Shown here one piece after another: positions 56,449 through 64,000 of a DNA stretch of 64,000 nucleotides (positions are counted from its first letter, which is position 1; each line of letters opens with the position of its first letter). The stretch is from Candidatus Kapaibacterium sp. GTDB taxonomy: Bacteria > Bacteroidota > Ignavibacteria > Kapaibacteriales > UBA2268. Below the pieces are notes generated by a model that was not told the origin of the DNA, ran no database searches, and saw only the letters and a list, made by a program, of their open reading frames with translations. The stretch lies in the NCBI GenBank assembly GCA_963665665.1, contig OY762428.1, positions 800,001 to 864,000 of the forward strand, read 5' to 3'. A program made the translations under genes and the position numbers.

Positions 56449-58296
56449 ATGAGGAGAATAATTTTTATCATTATTTTATTCCCCGGCTTTATTTTCGGCC
56501 AGTCAAAATACTTTAAAACAGATATGGTGAAAATTGAAAAATGTACATACACACGAGGTAATATTACCAATTTTTCAGAATCTCATCACGATGAAAAACC
56601 GGTACATAATGTAACGATTTCATACGACTTTTTTATTGGAAAATATGAAGTAACCCAGAAAATTTGGCAAGAAGTTATGGGAAATAATCCAAGTTTCTTT
56701 GTTGGTAAAAACCGGCCTGTTGAAAATGTATCCTGGCTTGATGCTTGTAAATTCTGTAATTCGTTATCATTAAAAGAATGCCTGACTCCGTGTTATCAGA
56801 TAAATGATATTTATACAAAATGTGATTTTGATGCCAATGGTTACAGGTTACCTACTGATGCTGAATGGGAATGTGCTGTCAGGGCTGGAACGCAAACAGA
56901 TACATATATTGGAAATATTTATGATTACAGCTGTATTCCAATAGAGAAAAACGTTGACCTAATTGGGTGGTATTGTGGTAATTCAGGAGATACTACTCAT
57001 AATGTAGGATTGAAAGAACCAAATAAATTTGGCCTTTATGATATGATTGGCAATGTTTGGGAGTGGACTTGGGATTGGTACAATGATTACTATTACGATA
57101 ATTCTCCAAGAACTGATCCGAGAGGGCCGGAAACAGGAGAAACTCACGTATTTCGTGGAGGAAGCTATGAAAATCGTGCGGCCTATTCCAGATGTTCAGA
57201 CAGGAATCGCTCGCCTCATTGGGGTTACTATTCCAGCTTAGTCGGTTTTAGAATTGTTAAAGTAGGAACCCGGGAATGCCACCAGTCTGCCTTTGATTAT
57301 CCTGCACTGAATTCTGCCGAGGACTTCTTCTTTATCGGTGATGCCACGCTTGAAGGTGATTGCTTCAGGCTGACGACAACCGAGGAATACCAGCGGGGTG
57401 CAATTTGGTATGCCGAGCCCGTGCCGGTGAAAAACGGATTTATTGCCGAGTTCTCGTTCAGGTTTTCCCAGCCGGCTAATAACGACTTCGAAGATGGTTC
57501 CGAGCCGGGAGCTGACGGTATTGCTTTCGTTCTGCAGAACCATTCCGAAAGTGCCCTTGGCAGCAAAGGATTCGGTATCGGGTACGCACAGATACCAAAC
57601 AGTATCGCCGTGGAATTCGATACATACGCTAACGACCGCGCCCAGCTTAATAATATGAAAGACCCCAACGGGAATCATGTTGCCGTTCAAACTTACGGCC
57701 AGCAGCCAAACTCGCCCAGCCACGGCGGCGGCGCAGTGAAAGCTATTGAAGATGATATTATTCCCATTCATTCGGACAGCTCGCTTTATTATGCCAGGAT
57801 AGATTATAACCTGATTGAAAACACCCTGCGTGTTTACCTGAGTGATACCGGATACATGAGTGAGCCCTGCATTGAATTGAAAGACTTTGATATTTCTTCC
57901 ATCATAGACCTTAGTGATGGGGAATTCTGCCGGGCTGGTATCACTTCTGCAACCGGTAATGGTTGGGAAAACCATGATATCGTAAGTTTTTCCATGTGCC
58001 CCTTCCCTACCGATGCCGGAGTAGCTGTCGAGGATAATACAGAATTATATAATGATGAGATTTCAGTTTATCCCAACCCTGCCTCTGATTTTATCAGCAT
58101 AAAAGTATCAGCCGGATTCGATGGCAGCTATCTGAAAATTGTGAACCTGATTGGCGAGACTATCGAAGAAATCAAAATAAATGATATTAACGACGGTATT
58201 ATTTCATATTATACCGGAGATCTTTCTCCAGGGGTGTATTTTATTGAAATATCAAATAGTGAAAGCAAACAGCATATTAAGTTTATCAAAAAATAA
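56449..58296 (+). CDS. FGE-sulfatase (SUMF1/CLec) + L-type lectin + T9SS sorting domain protein
   Basis: YEVTQ, RLPTDAEWE, PNKFGLYDMIGNVWEW, RGGSY..GFR; GADGIAF, AVEFDT; YPNPASD CTD. Confidence 0.85.
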   Translation: MRRIIFIIILFPGFIFGQSKYFKTDMVKIEKCTYTRGNITNFSESHHDEKPVHNVTISYDFFIGKYEVTQKIWQEVMGNNPSFFVGKNRPVENVSWLDACKFCNSLSLKECLTPCYQINDIYTKCDFDANGYRLPTDAEWECAVRAGTQTDTYIGNIYDYSCIPIEKNVDLIGWYCGNSGDTTHNVGLKEPNKFGLYDMIGNVWEWTWDWYNDYYYDNSPRTDPRGPETGETHVFRGGSYENRAAYSRCSDRNRSPHWGYYSSLVGFRIVKVGTRECHQSAFDYPALNSAEDFFFIGDATLEGDCFRLTTTEEYQRGAIWYAEPVPVKNGFIAEFSFRFSQPANNDFEDGSEPGADGIAFVLQNHSESALGSKGFGIGYAQIPNSIAVEFDTYANDRAQLNNMKDPNGNHVAVQTYGQQPNSPSHGGGAVKAIEDDIIPIHSDSSLYYARIDYNLIENTLRVYLSDTGYMSEPCIELKDFDISSIIDLSDGEFCRAGITSATGNGWENHDIVSFSMCPFPTDAGVAVEDNTELYNDEISVYPNPASDFISIKVSAGFDGSYLKIVNLIGETIEEIKINDINDGIISYYTGDLSPGVYFIEISNSESKQHIKFIKK

Positions 58297-58299
58297 AGC

Positions 58300-58328
58300 A
58301 AAAAAAAGCCCGGCCAAAAGCCGGACTT
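58300..58328 (-). terminator. Intrinsic terminator
   Basis: AAGCCCGGC/GCCGGACTT stem with A-tract between convergent genes. Confidence 0.6.
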
Positions 58329-58353
58329 ACAGACGGGAGTATATGAAGAATTT

Positions 58354-59382
58354 TTATTTGTTCAGAGTCATTCTGCCACTTTTATTGAATGACTCTGCAT
58401 CAATTTTGTAGAAGTAAACACCGGAGCTCAAGTTTCCGAATTTCCCGTTATCAGCATTAAAATCAAAGGAGTGGCTGCCGGAATTAAGGTTCCCTTCGTA
58501 CAATGTGCCAATCACCTTTCCGCTTGCGTCGGATATTGTTATCTTTACATTCTCATCGCGCGGCAATTCAAATTCGATCTTCGTGGATGATTGAAACGGG
58601 TTCGGATAATTTCTGACATTTCCGTTATCATTTTCAAAGCCTTCCACGCTGTTGATCATTTCATTATTGCCCGGGCCACTGTCATCATCTTCGGGGGCAA
58701 CACCATCCCAGAGCATGAAGCGAATCCGGCCCTTGCTGCAATCAAGGTCTGGCATCATGTCGCGGTGATTTCTCATTTTTCTCATTGGATGCCCTCTTCT
58801 TGGCCTGTCCTTGTTCTCGCTCATTTTTTCGCGTGCTGCTTCAATAGCTTCCTCATTATTTTCTTTCCATGTATCCCTGATCTGTTTAATCGTTTCTTTC
58901 CATTCCTTCCGTTTATCGTTTGCTTTGTCGCTTATTGATTCCAGTGTTTCATCATATTTTTTCATAAGCGGCCTGCATTTTTCAGCCATTGTTTCCATTT
59001 TCTCCTTAATTGCCTCGCGGCCTTCTTCCATTTGCTCACGATGCGCCCTCATTGTTTCCTTGTCAGGCCTCTGTCCGGAACGTCTCATTTCCATACCTTT
59101 TTTCATGCGTTCTTTCATCATAGCTTTCATTTCAGACCTCAATTCCGCTGCTTCTGCCCTTAGTTCGTTAAGAGCCTGCAGGTCGTCCGAACTCATAGCA
59201 GCGTCAAGTTCCTGCTTCCAATTCAGCATTTCCGGTTGTACCTGCTCCTGACGGAATTTGCTAAGCTGTTCGTGAAGCTGTTTGCCAAGTTCCCTGTTGC
59301 CTGCCAGAAGGCCGCCGGCAAAAAGTGAAAATCCAATTGCAACAATCGCTGCAATTTTTGTTGTTTTGTTCATTGTTTTCAT
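58354..59382 (-). CDS. Met/Arg-rich helical (Spy/CpxP-like) protein with T9SS sorting domain
   Basis: Signal peptide; long charged helices; NYPNPFQSSTKIEF..GVYFYKI CTD. Confidence 0.75.
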   Translation of the reverse strand: MKTMNKTTKIAAIVAIGFSLFAGGLLAGNRELGKQLHEQLSKFRQEQVQPEMLNWKQELDAAMSSDDLQALNELRAEAAELRSEMKAMMKERMKKGMEMRRSGQRPDKETMRAHREQMEEGREAIKEKMETMAEKCRPLMKKYDETLESISDKANDKRKEWKETIKQIRDTWKENNEEAIEAAREKMSENKDRPRRGHPMRKMRNHRDMMPDLDCSKGRIRFMLWDGVAPEDDDSGPGNNEMINSVEGFENDNGNVRNYPNPFQSSTKIEFELPRDENVKITISDASGKVIGTLYEGNLNSGSHSFDFNADNGKFGNLSSGVYFYKIDAESFNKSGRMTLNK

Positions 59383-59433
59383 TTTTTAATCTCCAACTGT
59401 TTCGTAAAATAATGTTCTTTGACTTTCAAAAGT

Positions 59434-59462
59434 TTAGACAGGTAATTCAGAATTTGGTTTAA
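59434..59462 (-). promoter_or_regulatory. Candidate ECF sigma promoter (TAAAC-N16-TGTCTAA)
   Basis: ECF-like -35/-10 spacing ~50 bp upstream of the start codon. Confidence 0.4.
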
Positions 59463-59659
59463 AGGGCAGGATAATTATTTTAGATTAGAACCCCTAACAC
59501 ATATTCCATGGTTTATGAAAATGTAACTCCCAATCCCCGAAATATCTCCTTATCAGAAAAAACATGTCTCATATAATAGCCAGGTACTTTAGCTCTTTGT
59601 AGGAAATCAATAAATTATCATCCTAAAAATATTTTACACCACCCTGCCGGCGCATGGAT

Positions 59660-60030
59660 TGTCATACTGAGCGAAGCGAAGTATCCATTCTTTATACATT
59701 TTCAGCTAAGTAAGACGGATTCTTTTTTGGGCAACCACAAGGTTTGCCCCTAAGGTTTAATCACCTGTCCCCCGCTGGCCCCGACGTGTCGGGGAAGGGT
59801 GGGGGTGGACTTCCTCAGTTGCAAGAGCAGCGAAATCATATAAAAAGCTCCGTAGGAGCGGAATTTTTGTAGATAATATTTGCATAATCTTCATTCGAAG
59901 CTCCGTAGGAGCGACATCTGAAATGTAAATGCCGCCCCGACGGGGCTGTTATTCATCCCGGGATCGATTTACTACAAAAATGTCGCGGCTACGCCGCTAT
60001 CCTTCATTCCGATGAATAGGGGGATGACGG
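59660..60030. repeat. Composite REP-like cluster, including GTAG-type AGCTCCGTAGGAGCG doublets
   Basis: TGTCATACTGAGCGAAGCGAAG, CCCCGACGTGTCGGGG, two AGCTCCGTAGGAGCG and inverted GCCGCCCCGACGGGGCT / GTCGCGGCTACGCCGCT. Confidence 0.8.
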
Positions 60031-60072
60031 ATAGGAATATCTTCCTGGGACAGATTTGCCATTATTTACCAC

Positions 60073-60250
60073 AAAATATCAATCATATATCCCATAATTT
60101 CGATTTTTTATATCAAAATAGTGATCTGATTGCTGAGAATATCAATTCTTTATCTCATAATATTGATTCTTACTTTTAAAATTGTGAATCAATGTCGGGA
60201 AAGTCTGATCATTTGAACCATAATTCCGATTCTTTATTTTAAAATAATAA
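60073..60250. repeat. Degenerate 21-bp periodic array
   Basis: About eight units with A(A/T)AAT...(G/A)AT recurring every 21 bp. Confidence 0.55.
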
Positions 60251-60839
60251 ATACGCGGATTATTTGAATGAAGCCTAATCCTGTAAATGATTTGGTGTGT
60301 GCAATTTGCTGGTATCGGATAATCGGATTAATATTTAGTAAGTGTAATCTATTATATATTTCATTTATCAGAGTATATAATCATCATAAAATTATATATT
60401 ATCGATATATTTTATTAAATATTTAATCTATTTTATGCTTGATATAGTTTATCTAACTAATTTCCTTATTTATATTATTGATTAATTTATGTATATGATA
60501 AAATAGTGAGTTATGCTAATTGTATATTATATTTGTCCTATTATATAATAAGATATTATAATTTATTAGGTTAATCTGTTTTTTACTAAATAAGGCTGTT
60601 TATTTAATATGAAATGAACTGGAATTGATATTAAAAGTTAATTATTTACCAATATAGGTATGTTATTTAATATTTTTGATTGATTATTTATGGTTTTTAA
60701 CATGGGAATTGCTCAATTATTTAAGATAAATATTAATTGTTATTATTTTATTTGTTGTATAAGTAGATTATTTCTTTGAACTTATAATTTAATTACTTAT
60801 ATTAATATTAGTAATCATATTATATATCGGGGAGATATA

Positions 60840-61379
60840 ATGTCTGTAATACTAAACAATAATTTCTCGCAGGATACTCATGATATCAGGGCTGAAAGGC
60901 TTAGAAAAATCCAGGATAATCATGATTTTATTCGTGACGAGCTTCATGCGCCGGAGGAAATCTGTATTTGGGCTGAGGACTGTTATGATATATTCATGAA
61001 TAAGATTAGTTCGTCGGCGGTGGACACTGCGCAGTGGCATTCACAGACCTTTTCGGTGCAGAACATGCTTAGGGAACTGACGGAATGTTATCAGATTGTG
61101 CGGGCATTGGGTATTCCGATTTACGCGGATGATCAGAAGCACCTGAAGGATTTTGATTTTGGGCTGAGGTTCCCAAAGTCGCGCCTGGAGATGCTTTCGA
61201 GGGCCGAGCTAATTATTGAAGTGCACAACCGGCACGTTCAGGAGGGGCTGCCGAAAACTATTCCGCAGCTGATGATCGACAGGCTGGCTGCGGCGATTGC
61301 CGATACGGAGCTGGCGATGGAGGAGCAGGAGCAGAAAAAGAAGCGCGGGCTGATAAGCGCTGTGGTGGCGGTGGGATAG
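60840..61379 (+). CDS. Hypothetical helical protein, probably 3'-truncated
   Basis: GGAGA RBS, plausible coding composition; ends immediately before a repeat cluster. Confidence 0.6.
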   Translation: MSVILNNNFSQDTHDIRAERLRKIQDNHDFIRDELHAPEEICIWAEDCYDIFMNKISSSAVDTAQWHSQTFSVQNMLRELTECYQIVRALGIPIYADDQKHLKDFDFGLRFPKSRLEMLSRAELIIEVHNRHVQEGLPKTIPQLMIDRLAAAIADTELAMEEQEQKKKRGLISAVVAVG

Positions 61380-61400
61380 GCGGAATCTCGAAGGATACCC

Positions 61401-61528
61401 AAAGGGCGGGGGTGGACTTCCGGAAAATTCCCCTCCCGTGGAGGGGATTAAAGGGGTGGTTTCTTTTTCTTTGCCTTCGCACCTTGCACATTTATCCACG
61501 AGCTAAAGCACGTGGCTATTGAATTTTG
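61401..61528. repeat. Composite REP-like module homologous to 5303-5433
   Basis: AAGGGCGGGGGTGG..ATTCCCCTCC.GTGGAGGGG..GGGGTGGTTTCTTTTTCTT..TTATCCACGAGCTAAAGCACGTGGCTATTGAATTTTG. Confidence 0.82.
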
Positions 61529-61929
61529 ACGAAGGTAGTTGGGGATGTCATAATTAGAAAGCCCTATAAAAACATCAGGTATACGCTGGCGGGGAAAAAT
61601 CAGGTTTGCTGTCCGTTTTTGTTGCTGCACATGATACAAGTATAAGCAGTATAAACGGAATCAGGTATTTCATCTCTCTGCCCTTGCAAAATGATTGATT
61701 ATTTCAATATTAATAAACTTACGTTTTTTCGGCAAAAATTTCAAATATAAATAAATAAAAAATCTCTGAGCTTAGTATATACTGTTTCATCTGTACGTTC
61801 AGCAATTGAATTATGTAATAATAATTATTTTTCAATTGCTGCTGAAAAAGTTATTATTCGCCGGCGGGAATTATTATATTGCTGATAATTTGTTATACTT
61901 TGTAATTTATTACTTCGAAGCAGGAAAGA

Positions 61930-62769
61930 ATGTGGCATTATATACTTGATGCTTTCAACATCATACATAAATCAAAAGAACTGAAAGAACTGATGGATTT
62001 TTCGCCGGAAGCAGGCGGTATGGGGCTTGTAAAGCTTCTGGATTCCATCCTGAATAAGTACCCTTCATACAAGTTTACTGTTATATTCGATGGAAAATGG
62101 GATAATGTTTATTCCAGGAATAAAAATATCAAAATCAAAATGTCAGGTGCACTGCCTGCCGATGACCTTATAAGGGAACTAATAAAAATTGACAAAAGGC
62201 CTTCGAACTGCGTGGTTGTTTCATCTGACATGGAAATATACAATTTTGCCCGCTTGTATGCCTGTACTGCCATGAAATCCGAGGATTTCCTTTTCAGCAG
62301 GCCGGGAAGGGAAGCAATAAAAACAGCCGCCTCGTTAATTAAAGGTGAAACTGAGAAGCCGGAATTCGTCAGTAAATACGAAATTGAAAGCATGAAGAAA
62401 CTGTTTTCTGACGATGATAATAGCGAAAGCCCTCAGGATAATACGCTGAAGCCGGGCCGGAGTATCGAAATGAAAAATGCCCTGCCCGATGATGAAGTAA
62501 GTAAATTAAGGGAACACTTTCTGGAAGGCAACCAAATACTAAACGAGAAGAAGAGTTCCAAAAAACCGGATGAAAAGAAAAAGATCCCAAAAAACAGGGA
62601 CAGCATTGAGATGTTCGGCAGCTTGGATGATGATGAAATAAATAAACTAAAAGATCACTTTGGCAAAAAAAGAAAGCCCCCGCAGGTGAAAGAAGAAGAA
62701 CCTGAAAAACCTGAGGAGGTTTCGAAAGAAGAACTTGAAGAATTGAAAAGAAGATTCGGGAAAGGGTAA
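61930..62769 (+). CDS. NYN/PIN-fold (YacP/Rae1-like) RNase with repeated C-terminal helices
   Basis: ILDAFN, VIFDG, ADDLI, VVSSD acidic active-site pattern. Confidence 0.82.
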   Translation: MWHYILDAFNIIHKSKELKELMDFSPEAGGMGLVKLLDSILNKYPSYKFTVIFDGKWDNVYSRNKNIKIKMSGALPADDLIRELIKIDKRPSNCVVVSSDMEIYNFARLYACTAMKSEDFLFSRPGREAIKTAASLIKGETEKPEFVSKYEIESMKKLFSDDDNSESPQDNTLKPGRSIEMKNALPDDEVSKLREHFLEGNQILNEKKSSKKPDEKKKIPKNRDSIEMFGSLDDDEINKLKDHFGKKRKPPQVKEEEPEKPEEVSKEELEELKRRFGKG

Positions 62770-62770
62770 A

Positions 62771-63226
62771 ATGAGAAGAAAAGACAAACAAATTAGCGTA
62801 TTTGAGGAACTTGAAGCTATACTCCGAAAATCGGATATCTGCCGTTTAGCATTGAATGACGAAGATTATCCTTATGTCATACCAATGAATCACGGCTATA
62901 AGGATAGTACACTCTATTTTCATTGTGCTGCCGATGGCAGAAAAATTGAACTGATACGGAAAAACAACAGGGCTGCTTTTGAAGTTGAAACTGACTATTA
63001 TTTAAAAAAAAGTGAGAAAGCCTGCAAATGGACTGCCGGGTATAGTTCGGTTATTGGCAGGGGAACAATCGAGATCATCGACGATACGGAAAAAATAAAG
63101 GAAGGGCTTGATATAATTATGAGTCATCACAGCGGACCTGTTGGCAGCTATGATGACAAATATTTAAAAAAAATGCTGATCCTGAAGTTGTCAATTATCA
63201 ATATGACAGGAAAAAAATCAAAATAG
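62771..63226 (+). CDS. Pyridoxamine 5'-phosphate oxidase family (NimA-like) flavin-binding protein
   Basis: MRRKDK, YPYVIPMN, LYFHCA..GRK, YSSVIGRG. Confidence 0.88.
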   Translation: MRRKDKQISVFEELEAILRKSDICRLALNDEDYPYVIPMNHGYKDSTLYFHCAADGRKIELIRKNNRAAFEVETDYYLKKSEKACKWTAGYSSVIGRGTIEIIDDTEKIKEGLDIIMSHHSGPVGSYDDKYLKKMLILKLSIINMTGKKSK

Positions 63227-63227
63227 A

Positions 63228-64000
63228 CTAATCCATTTTAATAAACCTGGTTTTGTATAATTCACCTTCTTTGTTCAGGATTAAGAAGTAAATTCCGGGT
63301 GGCAAATCTGATATATCAATGGTTTGTGTTCTTCCGGATATTGTTAGATTTTTTATTGTATTAGCAAGAATATCGACAATACTGGCACTGGTATTATTTC
63401 CAATAATTCCCTGCAAATCAATCCTTATTTCATCTTCTGCCGGGTTGGGGCTGACAAGAATATCATTATCCGTATATACCGTTTCTTCCCAGACACCCAC
63501 AGGCTGTTCGTCCGATTTCAGGCAAACATCGAATTTCATTATCTCATGCTTTTCATAGCAATTTCCTGTTGCCGCTGTGAAGCCTATATAGGAAAAAACA
63601 TCGTCGGTAAGATCAAGTGTTTCGGCTAAATTAAAGTTCTCTACAACAGCTACAGGCTCGGAAAAGCCCGGAACAGTATCGCAATAAATCTTTAATTCGT
63701 TTGAATATTTATTATAGTCAACTCTTGCATAGTAAACTGAACTGTCAGTCTTTATTGGCAAAATACCGCCAACTGTAGCAATATTTGAACTGCCGGAATG
63801 ATCGCAGGATATTGGTTCATCCATTGATGCAAATACACCGATATGGATGCCGTCCGGGTCATTCAGGTTATCATAAGCAGAAGAATTGTTATTATAGGTA
63901 TCAAACTCTATTGCCAGGGCATTTGGTATTCCGTCATAACCGATCCCATAGCCGGATTTGCCTAATGCTTCAGGCGAAGTATTCTGAATTACAAACGCAA
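63228..64000 (-). CDS. L-type lectin + T9SS sorting domain protein, 5' part outside window
   Basis: LAIEFDTY, IGFTAATG, VSPNPA..GIYFL; paralog of the 57270-58296 region. Confidence 0.82.
   Translation of the reverse strand, partial: AFVIQNTSPEALGKSGYGIGYDGIPNALAIEFDTYNNNSSAYDNLNDPDGIHIGVFASMDEPISCDHSGSSNIATVGGILPIKTDSSVYYARVDYNKYSNELKIYCDTVPGFSEPVAVVENFNLAETLDLTDDVFSYIGFTAATGNCYEKHEIMKFDVCLKSDEQPVGVWEETVYTDNDILVSPNPAEDEIRIDLQGIIGNNTSASIVDILANTIKNLTISGRTQTIDISDLPPGIYFLILNKEGELYKTRFIKMD

Noticed and set aside
57145-57260. DGR variable region
   Set aside because: No reverse transcriptase and no template-repeat copy seen in the window

Overview
AT-rich bacterial chromosome segment with no rRNA, tRNA, CRISPR or transposase that I can support. 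It is inferred to come from a flagellated FCB-group organism (Ignavibacteria/Kapabacteria-like), because many proteins carry T9SS C-terminal 'YPNP' sorting domains alongside motB, fliW and csrA. Housekeeping genes include a thiolase, dapF, an inositol monophosphatase, pdxA, rodA and purD. Signalling is dense: (i) a coiled-coil / longin-like-OmpA / Rab-like small GTPase / histidine kinase operon; (ii) a CheY-CheC-PAS kinase module; (iii) a Wsp-like (ACF) chemosensory cluster with two MCPs, a triple-Hpt CheA, an embedded HAMP-like-CPBP membrane protein and a REC-PP2C output. Accessory content includes a tandem array of four lipoproteins with shuffled near-identical heads and tails around hypervariable bodies, a lipoprotein with 273-bp tandem repeats, and a low-GC ACP/SDR/adenylation/AAC(3)/deacetylase glycan-acylation cassette coupled to purD. 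Non-coding content includes two copies of an IS66-like MITE with 8-bp target duplications, nested REP-like palindromes, three 21-bp periodic arrays, a candidate ECF-driven sRNA and a candidate ~165-nt structured RNA. All calls come from reading motifs by eye; no database search was run.
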